A DNA stretch of 64,000 nucleotides from Takakia lepidozioides. Lineage: Eukaryota; Plantae; Bryophyta. Below, in pieces: positions 24,008-35,640 of this stretch. The notes under the pieces are model-generated. The model had not been told where the DNA came from and did not search any database. It saw only the letters and a program-made list of their open reading frames with translations. The translations under genes were made by a program, and so were the position numbers. The DNA is taken from assembly GCA_030704615.1 (NCBI GenBank), contig CM060734.1:38378001-38442000 (forward strand), read 5' to 3'. Within the stretch, counting starts at the first letter, position 1. Every line of letters starts with the position of its first letter.

Positions 24008-24576
24008 CACTAGAAGAAAAACGTGGAATAACCATTGGCCCTTTAACCACCACTGTCTTTTTCCACTCTATAAACCACTAGTAACCACTTGCCAGTGGTT
24101 AATCCCAATGAAATGCCACGGTGGCATCACAGACAGTGGTTGGAAGTGGTTTCAACCACTCAATAGTCCACGTGTAATAATTTGTTTTTATTTATTATTA
24201 TTTATTTGCTAATACATTTTAATTAATAAATATAATATTCCACGTGGACGAGTGCAGTGGTACGTTGTGAGTGGTTATAGATACCTCAGTGATGGGAAGT
24301 GGTTGAAACCGCTTGCTACTCCACGTGTAATAATTCAAATTTTTGTGATTTATTATTTGGAAATATATTTTAATTCATAAATATAATATTCCATGTGAAT
24401 GGGGACAATGCACGTTGATCTTGAGTGGTTAAAGACACCTCATTGATTTGTACCACTTTGACAGTGGTGGAGAGTGGGTGGTGAAAGATACTGCAGTAAT
24501 TGGAACCACTATGCTAGTGGTTGCTCATGAGTGGTTTGCCTACACAACAGTGATTGGTACCACTTTTTGGGTGATA

Positions 24577-25438
24577 CATGAGGCGTTTCTGGAGTACATG
24601 TATGCGGTAAGCCCGAGTCTGTACTCAGTTTACTTTTCGAATACATGTTTGTAGTCCCTTAGGTGCTAATCACTATTTGAATCAATGCAGCAAGAACTGG
24701 CAGAGGCAGCTGAGAAGGGAAAATCCGAATATTACCGCACTACACCAGAGGAACTAAGGACATCAAAGGGTGTGGAAACAGCAATAAAAAAGGAGTTTGA
24801 AATGCAAAGAACCAAATTGATGTCCGCCTTCGGAAAGCAGCTTAGAATAGTAGATCCTGGACTTGGTTCTAAGTTCCTTCAGATCAAATCTCACTATGAC
24901 AAGCATGTGCATCCGGAGATGCAGCAGGAGAAATTGCACCGACTGGCCATATCCATGGTCGACCCACAAACAAAAATAAGGTGGCTGGAGATATGGAACT
25001 CAGATCAGACAGTAAAGGACTTGAATCAGTTCCCAAAGAGCACCATACAGCCTGGCACAAAGGTGGAAGGAATCAGTGATTTGGTGTTTGATAATTGGCT
25101 CCACAAGGCTACATTTTGGAGTCAGGTGTGTATTCAAATAAGTCGTTTTTTTTTCTTCAATTATGTGATGAGTATCTTATTTGCAATACTGACAAATATA
25201 CAATTTGCAGCTCGAAAAGCGCGCCGTCATTGTGCTGGATCAGACTTTGAAGGACTTGAACATTTCAATTGTTTCCCCTCCCCAAATGTCATTGGAGGCA
25301 TACATAAGGAAGTGGAGAGGTCTCACCTGGAGATACTGTTTTTTCCTGGAGTTCTCCAAAGATGGTAACATTTTGCGGTCCAACGACTTTGACAGTCAGG
25401 TTGGAGGAGAGTGGGCCATGATGCGAGTTGTGTACAGG
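24577..25438 (+). pseudogene. Captured middle exons of a ParB-MTase gene
   Basis: EAFLEYMYA|, QELAEAAEKGKSEYY, EKLHRLA, NWLHKATFWSQ|, LEKRA..EAYIRKWR..VVYR|. Colinear with 15800-16722 and with the same intron positions. Confidence 0.88.
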
Positions 25439-25744
25439 TGCAATATCATACTGGAAACTTTACTGCACTTTTTGGGAAATAATTTGGCTTCATAAGGATT
25501 GTAATCATAGATCCAAATTGAATGTTGTTGACGACATTCACTTCTTTGTCTGAGTCATTCGTGGTTTGTGCAGCTGTGACAGACTTTGAAAAACAAGAAA
25601 GTGGTCAGACCATTGTGGGATGATGCTATTGAACAAATGGTTCCAACAATAAACTTTATTCTGAATCTGAAACATATTCGTCACCCTCTGAATCACTTTG
25701 CTCAACTGGAATAGCGGTTGGTTACACAAATGCCGCTTGAATGG

Positions 25745-26478
25745 TAGCCAACATAGCCAGGTCTTCTTTATTTAGAGCCGTGGGACCATCTAATGACCTA
25801 GGTATTGATCTGATAAGGTAGACGTCGATTGGCACGCCACTCATCACCACATGCCTCTCTGTCTGCTATGAACTGTGCCTTCTCTGTTGCATACTTTTTG
25901 TCACAAAATGGCAACAAGAATGACACATGTTAGCAATGAAGTATTGCATTACTTAGCAAAAAATACCTAGCATGAATGATACTTTGAAAACCACTATTTC
26001 AAACCACTGGAGGAGTGAGCAGAATGACTTGTAAATAAACATGCTCTTCCAACAAGTCACTCACTCAGACATTCCGAAACTGCAACACTGGTTATAATCA
26101 GGATGAACCACTGACATTTGTGACTTTGTGGGTGGTTTGATTACACTGGTGACAGTCAGAATTGAAATTGAACTTGATATGAATAAGGCGCAATGAAAGA
26201 AGTACTCACTGCGCCCAATGAGCCATGACATTGGTATTGTTTAGTACATACAAAATTTGTGCTGCATCTCTCCCAGTTCCAGTCACGTCCCGCTTTTTGC
26301 CGACACCTTCGAAGACCTCGTCCTAACCCCTTCCTCCGCATTTGCATCCCAAGTCCGCTGTTGAGTTGCATATACTCAGTCATGAACCCCATGGCCTCAT
26401 CCAGAACATACCCTGCAGCCGTACTCCCTTCTGGCGTTGCGTAATTCCTAATGTATCCCTTAAGATCTTTCATGTAAC
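25745..26478 (-). pseudogene. CACTA Tnp2/TnpD transposase C-terminal fragment
   Basis: YMKDLKGYIRNYATPEGSTAAGYVLDEAMGFMTEY is DUF4218-like. Confidence 0.8.
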
Positions 26479-26980
26479 TGTCGTGCAACTTAGCATTGTG
26501 CCACAACATACATCGTTGTCCACCACACAATCTAAGCACACAATCCTAGAAATCTATACCACAATAGATAATGGAAGTGAACATAATGGAAACCCTCCAC
26601 TCAGGAATCCACGCAATTACATAAACTAAGTCAAGCCAAGGGCACCCTTGCTAAGGGAATCCACCCTACAAAGCCCTCACAACACTCCCTCTCAATACCT
26701 AGAGCTATGGAGGTGAGAGAGGCTCATGGAGGCTCAACTACAAGAAGATGAGCCTCCTCCATCCTCACAAGGGGAAAACCTATCCCCATGTCCCAAGTGA
26801 GGCTCGACACCTCACTTGGCATGTGAGACCAATGAAGTCCCAACAGACAAATATAAATATAATTATCTAAAATGTCCCAGTTAACTAGAAGTAGGTAATT
26901 CTAGATAACCATGACTAAAACCATGACAGCTGTCGTGCACCTTAGCATCGTGTCACAACATACATCGCTGTCCACCACAC

Positions 26981-27457
26981 TTCTTCACTAGGAACCTCCT
27001 CAAGTGGCGGCGTCAAGCAGCCCATGTGCCACCCCCTTGAGCATTTGTCACACACCAACATGATCGCGGCACCACCACCATGCCCACATAGCATGCAACG
27101 CAACCCTGCAAGTACCACTACAAGGTTGGGATCTATCCTCCCATCCACATGTGGAAGGTGACATGGCGCACAATTGCGCACATGGTCCTTCCATACCATG
27201 CCATCTCGACCCTCCAGAATCAACACTCCTGAAGGCAACACCTCCCGGACCCTTAGAATCACACGACCTACTGTGGCATCTAAGGTCGTAGGCGCTGTCT
27301 GCTGCAGATACACATAGTCCCCAGGATGGAAACGCCGAACACCTGGCCGATATCCTCATCCACGTATAGTGGCGTACCTCAATCTGTCTCGTTGTTGGGC
27401 AATAGCAAGGTTCTCAAAAGCCATAGGCATGACTCTCTTGAACAACTCTGTCCGTTG
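26981..27457 (-). pseudogene. Integrase C-terminus + PHD finger
   Basis: CMLCG....IMLVCDKCSRGWHMGCLTPPLEEVPSE. Confidence 0.88.
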
Positions 27458-28129
27458 CACTACAACAAATTGCGGCTTTTACATCTCTGTGTTATGACTG
27501 CAAATGCAGTCATGGAAGCCATTTACGACTTCCTGACTCTGCAGACGTAAAGACCTAGTCAGTTGTGACATGGCAGATATGACTCTCCAGGCTGGCTGTC
27601 ACGTGGCGCCAGAGCAGCTATGGGGGTAGTCATACACGCTGACATTACTGAATAACTGAACGGGTCCATGTCAGCCGCTGTGTAATAGAGACACGTGCTC
27701 TCTACAGAACACGCCACGTGTCAGACTGCGACGCCATCCGACTGCAGAGGAGGGAATCAGACGTCAACATGTGTCGCATCGTGATTTTGACACGTGATTC
27801 CTCATGTCAATTGACACGCGTCGCTGTTGGGGGTTGTAGATTTACTTTATTGTTATTATAATTACTAAAATAATTATTATAATTATTTGTTATTATTATT
27901 ATTATTACTGACCAACATGGGACAGTGGCACATTATTAAATAACGAATTTTTGAAATTATATTCTTAGATAAAATATTTATTCGCTCAGATACCAAAACA
28001 CACCCTTACGGGGAAGGAGAGTTTGCCTTAGTGTCTGTGCTGAATTGCATCTGCTACTGTTACCTGTTTATGGATACTTTTTTATTGTCACTTCGGCAGT
28101 ATCATATCAAAGTCACTCCAAACTATCTA

Positions 28130-29050
28130 CCATCTACCCATGACCATCTACCCATGCAGGTTTCTTGTAGCTATCCTTCCACAGGGAATCATAGGTAATC
28201 TGGAGCTTGAAATCCGGCTTTCTTGGATGATCTGGACCCACACTCTATCCCTGCTCCTTCAGCTATCCATGCCTCTGCATAGATCATGCATATATCCTTG
28301 CATTGCTGTTAGCAGCTGACAATGACAGCCTACATTTGTTCCAGCAAACACCCAACTCAACTTACCACACTAGTTCCTATTCTCAATTGCATTTGTTACT
28401 CTCTGTAATCCAACAGGCATTTACCTTTTTGCCTCGGTTGTCCCACCATTGACTGGGGTCAGAAAAGTATTCATTCCACAGCTTCCCCTCATCTCCGTTA
28501 ACTGTTTTTCGATACTTTCCTGTTGTCACATTGGCAATATCATGTCAAAGTCACTCCAAACTAGATTCACTCAACCAGCTAACTTGCAGACATTGAAATT
28601 TAGGGCCGGTTCTGATAAGAGGGAAAAACAAGGTGAAATGTGTTGAAGAAGGTGCCTTTATTAGCAGTGCTTGATTTTATCAATTGTGCCGCTACTCCTG
28701 CGGGTTCCAGTTCACCATCTACCCATGCAGGTTTCTTATAGCTAAATCCACAGGTAATCATAGGTAATCATGTGCTTGAAATCTGGCCCTCTTGGATGAA
28801 TCTGGACCCATACTCTATCCCTGTTCTTTCATCTATCACTGCTTCTGCACAAATCATGCATACTTCCTTGCCTTGCAGCTGATAATGACAGCCTACATTT
28901 GTTCTAGGAAACACCCAACTCAGCTTATCACACTAGTTCCTATGCTGAATTGCGTCTGCCCTCTATAATCTAACAGACATTAACCTTTTTCCCTCGGTTG
29001 TCCCACCATTCCACAACTTCTCCTCGTCTCTGTGACCTGTTTCTGGATAC
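28130..29050 (-). pseudogene. Tandem OSB-type PDF-motif exons
   Basis: KLWNEYFSDPSQ-WWDNRGKK | intron | IHPRGPDFKHMIT...LW...KPAWVDGEL, present twice. Confidence 0.75.
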
Positions 29051-29059
29051 TTTCCTGTT

Positions 29060-30090
29060 GTCACATTGGCATCATGTCAAAGTTCAGATCGACATCTAGT
29101 ACAATTCCACCACGAACCTCTTTGCTATTTTGCAAGGCTGCCAGGCTTGCACACATGTTGCAAATGTAACAAACGCGATGTGGTTGCGCTGCAGTATCCC
29201 TTCCCACACCACTTGCTCATAGACCTCTCCAAAGGGCCTCCATCCCGTGCCGCTGTTGTGCATATCCTGGGATCATCATCCTCCATGCACCCCAATTTGG
29301 CATACAAGTCCACAAGGGCATAGTTCAGAACAACATTTGTTTAATTCCAGCTTGGACGATCAACATCACAAACCCCGTCTTCACTCATTGCCTACTCTAG
29401 GTAAGTGCAATTATGGGCTAGGCTAGTACCACATCTCATTCAGCCATATTATCAAAACAACCATGTATCCTTGTAGTTGCACCCTGCAACCTTGGCATAC
29501 ATGTCCACTACGGCAACGTTTAGAATCACATCAAATACAATACGAGCTTTGACAATATCACCGTGGACCTCTGTACCCTTTTTCAGGGCTGCCAGGTGTG
29601 CATTTGACATACATATCCACCAAGGCAGTGTTTAGAGTGACATCTAGTGGTACAATTCCAGATTTGATAATGGACCTTTGCGTCCTTTCCAGGGCTACCA
29701 GGCTCGCATTTGACATACATGTACACCAGGGGAATGTTCAGAATGACATCAGGTACAATTCCAGCTTTGATGATGTCACCATGAACCTCTTGGCCCCTTC
29801 CCAGGGCTGCTAGGCTCGCATATGCATATTAACAAACACAAATGAACATGACCTGGTTTGGCTTCATCCTTTCCCACATCATTTGTTCTTAGGTTTCCAA
29901 AGCCTTACTCCCACACCTATGCTACACACACCTTACAATCATGGCAGTCCACAACACCACATCTCATTTAGCCATGTTGTCGAACTCTCCCTTTGCATCA
30001 GGCTTGCTGCACCCACATTTGGCATACATGTCCACTAGGGCAGTGGTCAGAATGACAACTAGTACAGTTTCAGCTTTGACGATGGCACAT
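29060..30090 (-). pseudogene. Degraded PLS PPR fragments
   Basis: ALVDLYAKLG, VKPNQVMF, KGQEVHGDIIKAGIVPDVIL-type motifs. Confidence 0.8.
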
Positions 30091-30539
30091 GGCCAAGAGA
30101 TATCCCAATATCCCGCTACCAATGGGTTCAATGCATACTCTTGTCACATTGGCAGTATCATGTCAAAGTCACTCCAACTAGATTCACTCAACCAGCTAAC
30201 TTGCAGAATTGAACATGAAAATTTAGGGCCGATTCTGATAAGAGGGGAAAATAGGGTGAAATGTGTTTCAGAAGGTGCCTTCATTAGCAGTGCTTGATTG
30301 TATCAATTGTGCTGCTACTGCTGCGGCTTCCAATTGACCATCTACCCATGCAGTTTTCTTGTATCTATCCTTCCACATGGAATCATAGATAATCTGGAGC
30401 TTGAAATCTGGCCCTCTTCCACACTCTATCCCTGCTCCTTCAGCTATCTATGCCTCTGCACAAAATCATGCATACAACAATCATTCCAGCAAACACCCCC
30501 CAACCCTACTTATCAATGAGCAACGAGCTAACTTACATA

Positions 30540-31460
30540 ATTCAATATGCATCTCAAGGCCGAGTCTGATGAGAGGGCAAAACAGGCTGAAATAGGTCGA
30601 AGAAGAACCCATAGAGGATTTGACCGACCATCAACCCAAAATGACCTCTTGTGTGTGCTGCTTGTGTCTTGTAGTCAGGTAATGTCGGATTGGTCTGTGA
30701 GAACCAGCACGGTGCAGATGAGCAGGCAGAGATTGAAACACGGCCTGCTAAGACCAAGCTGACTCTCCCAAGAACCTTGAAACATCAGGAAGAATACCAA
30801 ATCATGGTACTAACAGGAGCCAACAGCCCACATTTGCAGGATGGACAAACTTCTTCACATTGTACATTAAGGAAAAGCCACACCTTGCCATTGTGGTTGT
30901 CGCACCATCTTGAAGGATCTTTAAAAATCTCATGCCAACTCTGCTCCGTGCTGCAAATGAAGGGCCGAGTCTGATGAGAGGGCAAAACAGGCTGAAATAG
31001 GTCGAAGAAGAAGGTGCCCTCACCACATTGTCCTCGACCTTGTGTCATGGCCCATGGAGGATTTGACTGACCATGAACCCAAGAGGACCTCTTCAGTGTG
31101 CTGCTTGTTTCTGTAGTCAGGTAATGTCGGATTGGTCAGTGAGAACCACCACGGTGCAGCTGAGTGGGCAGAGATTGAAACACGGCCTGCTAAGACCAAG
31201 CTAACTCTCCCAAGAACCTTGTAAACATCAGGAAGAATACCAAATCATGGTACTAACAGGAGCCAACAACCCACATTTGCAGGATGGACAAACTTCTTCA
31301 CATCGTACATTAAGAAAAAGCCACACCTTGCGATTGCGGTTGTCCCACCATCGTGAAGGATCTTTTAGAAACTCATGCCAGCTCTGCTCCGTGCTGTAAA
31401 ATCAGGGCCGAGCGGGTAGAGATTGAAACACGGCCTGCTAAGACGAAGCTGACTCTCCCA
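30540..31460 (-). repeat. ~420-bp tandem repeats with a PDF-like exon (WHEIFKDPSRWCDNHNGK)
   Basis: Direct repeats. An inverted paralog lies at ~39090-39935. Confidence 0.75.
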
Positions 31461-32644
31461 AGAACGGTGGGCTCCCAACCGAAACCTCCTCGCACACATA
31501 CCATAGCGTTTCTAGGGTTGCTTGCTCCAAATGCGAAGGTTGATCCAACTGCGGGCCTCCCATGCATGTTTGCCCTCTCTCCGCTCGCTCGCTCTAAGTC
31601 CCAACTCTCTCTCTCTCTCCCTCCCGCTCGCTCTAAGTCTGATCACGCTACCGTGATGGGCAACTTTTTAAGTTTTTTAACCTTTTTGTAAACCCTAAAA
31701 ACCCCTCTTTGATTTTTTTTTCTTTTTTTCTTTTCTTAAAGGAAACCACAGGTCCTTGAGGAGGGGGGAAAATTCACCCGCCTTCATTTATGGGCCATAA
31801 GACGTACAGGACGATCAACGCCCAGACATACTGTCACGAACAATCCCACACACGGGATAAGGCAGCGGGTTTGAACCCCAAACCACCAGGGCGACACACT
31901 GTGCACTTACCAACCGATGTGTTTTTTTTTTTTTTTAATTGCATTTTGTTTTTTTAAAAATTGATTCTAGTGGTCAGAGTCTCCGTTTTTTCAAAATATA
32001 AATACTCATATATTATATATATAACCAGAAAAGCATGTGTTGCCATGTGCAGTCATGTAGTGATTCATCCATGTGATGATCTGGCAAAATGCATTAGAGT
32101 GAGAGTCATGAAGTCATATGTCTTTCTAGCAATATACACACGTCATTCTAGTGTAGCCATGACCGTGACTGGTAGTCATATCTGCCATGCCAATATTCGT
32201 GGTCAAACATGTTTGACCTGTGTTCCGCAGAGTCCGGAGCCATGCAGTCGCATATACGCCTTCCCTAGACCTGCATTATGACTTCAAGAGCATTTTACGA
32301 CTGCAAATGGCATTTCTGCCACAAATCTGTCATGACTGCGCACCCAAGGGAGTCGTAAAAGCCGCAATCTGTTGTAGTGTTGGGCACATGTTTGAGTCCA
32401 CACATCTGGATTATCAAGGTTGAGGACTACTGCAGTCTCCCTGTGAATAGATGCAGGCAAATCTGGCTCTCGGCCAAAGAGAAGGAAATAAGGCGAGAAC
32501 GAGGCAAATCATGCTTGCTTGCTAAACCTATAGCCCATAGCCAACCAAGGTAGCTGAAAGTCCCAATCTCCCAAGTGTCTTGGCATCGCCATGGTACCAG
32601 TGGTAAAACCCATCGCCCACCCGCGTGGGCGATGAGCCCGTGAC

Positions 32645-32930
32645 CCCAAGTGAATAGGGTCAATCTGCTCCAAATCATGCGCCCCCATCAAAGAGATGTC
32701 TGCTGGCAAGGCTTGTTGGTATCCCGACTGCAGACACTGCAACAAATCAGGGTACTGCTGCACCAACTGATCAACATGGCGCAGTGAGATGCGTCAGGCA
32801 GTCTCATCCCCCTCCACATACAGATAACGTCGAACTCGTACACATGCCTGCAGCACTGCAGCCAATCTAGTGTTGATCCCGCCAAACAAGTCCAGAAGGC
32901 ATATGCCTTCATCCGGGCACTGCCACACAA
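32645..32930 (-). pseudogene. C5-cytosine DNA methyltransferase N-terminus within the family A polyprotein
   Basis: GICLLDLFGGINTRLAAVLQACVRVRRYLYVE (motifs I-II), then LPADISL...EQIDPIHL (motif III, approaching motif IV). Truncated by a deletion. Confidence 0.72.
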
Positions 32931-32999
32931 GAGGTGTGGTGTCCAATGGCGACAACTGAGGTGGTCTGGTTGCAATCACGCACTCTCCTCATCTCCTGA

Positions 33000-35640
33000 T
33001 GGTACGAAGGCCTCTACCCAGGCTTGTTGCACCCGTCTATCAGCAGCTGCTGCAAATCCTTACTCATACCCCACAATGGAGTGTGAGCAACCATGGCAGA
33101 CAACTTCCGCCGTACCATGCATGCATCCTGCTCTGCTGGAGGTGGCCACATCCTCTGCATGGGCATTGCCCTTCAGCAACTCTCCAGGCCAACTAACTGT
33201 AGCTGTGAAGGATGCTAATGTTGGCATCTTGCCCCGCTGGGCAGCAGCAACACACCCAATGAATGTCATAGGGAGCTGTACATGACGACCATCCCCTAAC
33301 TGCCATCCAGGCCTGTAGGATGCTAACTCTGCCCAAAAATCTAGGATGAAGCCCAGGGATATAACACTGCCCCATCACCGAGGACATCATAAGAGATCGC
33401 AATATCAAAGGCCTTGGCTCGACATCACTGAGCCATCTATAGGATGATCCGGCTTGTATGTTAGTATAATGGCGAACTCACGTCAGTCATGCCCCGAGCC
33501 TGCTTGATCCTCCCAGAGATGTCTGTATTTGGAAGGACAAGGCTCCATACGCCTCCATGAGGCCCAAATTGCAATAGCAATCTCCCCAACATCAATGGTT
33601 GTGCTCCTGAGTCCAACAAGACCCCCGAGTGAGTGACATACCTACTCCCGGTTGGCCACCCAATTGAAACAATCCATCCTGATTGTCCACCAGGACTACC
33701 CCAGAGGAGTACCATGCTGCGCTCAATGGCTGGCCTAGCTGACAACTCTTGTTGGCTGCACCTTGCTTTGCAGCACCACCCAATGGCATTTCCCGAGCCA
33801 CACCAACTCTCCCAAATGAAACTCGTGGCTCTTACCTCTGAAACACTTTTGGGCAGAGGTGGTTGGGGGGGGGGGTGGCCCATCGATGGCATAGGTGGCA
33901 ACTGTCTCAGCCAATGGTAAAGGACTGTGGAAGCCTTGTCTGACGACTTGCTTCCCCCTTTGGTGGATCAAAATCCACATCCGCTCCTCTTGGCTCAGGA
34001 GCACGCGTTGCTGCTCGAAGTAACAGCAGCAAGCAGAGTCCAATACATGCAAATGGCCCTGCAAGTGCGGCTCCGCACATGAAGCCTTATACCAATCTGG
34101 TCTTCCCTAGGCATAGGAGAGTGTTTGTAGGTGGGGGCTTGAACCTCAAGCCTTGGAGGGCTGGCGCAACATGAGGTAAGTGGCCATGGCAACAAGACGT
34201 TGCTCTAGCTGGGCAAGTCTATCCACCATGCCTTGGTCATGACCTTGACCCTGATCCTATGCTCCTTGATTTTGGTTACAAACCTCCACCCCGACCTCTG
34301 CCTCCTCTACCTCTCTGGACTACATTGCCTCGTTCCTCGGCCACCATGTTCCCTTGGAACTGGTCTGGCCGTAAGCTCAGGGATGCAAGCCATAACAAAG
34401 GGCCTCCTCATGCCCATACTTTCCCACAATGCCCACACTGTAGTTGTATAGGCTGTGCCTGTGCCGGCCCTTTGCCTCTCTCCGGGCAATCCTTCTTGAC
34501 ATGGGGTCTCCACAATCCCAACAAAGTCACACCCGACTGTTGTTGGCCTGAGAATGAAGGAGAGACCTCTGCATCTGAGATCCTCTCTATCCTTCCCTGG
34601 GCTTCACCTGAGCCCCCTTTTGTGCTTGAACACGTTGGGGTAGTGGTTGTTGTTGGCTAGGAGCCCCACTTTGTTGTGTCTCCTTGCCAAACCCCACCAT
34701 AACCACTCTCTCCTCCACCATATTGAGCTCTATCCGCTTTGCCAACAAAAACACATTTGCTAAGGTGGGGTTGGTCCACTTGTAGGGAGATGCATCCCGC
34801 ACCCTTCTCCTCAGCTCCTTATCCAATATCTTCATACCAAAATTGAAGGGCCTGAGCTTCCGTAAACCCTTGGGTTACATTTATCAAGCGCCTCATGCGG
34901 GTTGTAAGCCTCCCTCAAACTCTCAGTAGGACCTTCGTTGGAACTCTTGCAAGCTTCCGCAACTTCTCTGTCCTTATCCCTTGGTAGTTTTCCTCAACTC
35001 CTCAAAGAACTCTAACAACTGGGTTTAAAGGGGCAGGCACGGGTGCTAGTGCGTGCTGCAGCAGGAGCTTGAGTGGATTCCCAGCTCCTGTGTACCACTT
35101 GTCCCACTACTAGTGCTTGCAATTAGAGATGTTTGTGTAGCTGTTGGTGTCGCCGCTGCCCTTGTGCCTCTAGTGGTGAAAACATAGTTAGGTGACCAAT
35201 ACTCTCGCCACTCCTCAATCTCACCACATGTCCCCGGCCTAAATTCATGGTAATCATCCATGGGCGGCCCCTCAAGGTGCTGGATAGCCCCTTCCACGCC
35301 ATAAAGGCATTATAAACAGTTGTGGATTGCGGCATTTGCTGCAAATCACACCAACAGTCAAACTCTTGTATGAAGTCATCAAGCTCGATAGTGCCCACAG
35401 CTCTAGAGTACCTACGTGGCCTCTTGGTAGCTCCATACATCTCCTCCATCGTATCCCACAACAATGGCACGGAAATGCTTGCAACCATCGGCGGCGAGAA
35501 TCTTCCTGACTCCGAGTCTGACCTTCCTCAGAAGACACTGAAGGTGAAGGTGGCCTAAACCGTACACCTCGTCTTGTGTACCCACTAGTATCGCTGGTGC
35601 TCATACCGGCATTCCCCTCAGCAACTGGTGGCACCTCCGT
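33000..35640 (-). pseudogene. Family A gag, zinc knuckles and aspartic protease
   Basis: CGDPHVKKDC and CGHCGK.GHEEA.C knuckles; VLLDSGAQPLMLG. Confidence 0.82.

Larger units (their letters stand above)
27458..32379. mobile_element. Non-autonomous Pack-CACTA carrying PPR and PDF-motif gene fragments
   Basis: TIRs CACTACAACAAATTGCGGCTTTTAC / GTAAAAGCCGCAATCTGTTGTAGTG, 3-bp TSD TTG, and ATGAC/GTCAT subterminal repeats. Confidence 0.93.

Noticed and set aside
26479-26980. DIRS/Ngaro tyrosine-recombinase element
   Set aside because: The split repeats look similar, but the family encodes a protease and a DDE integrase and makes TSDs.
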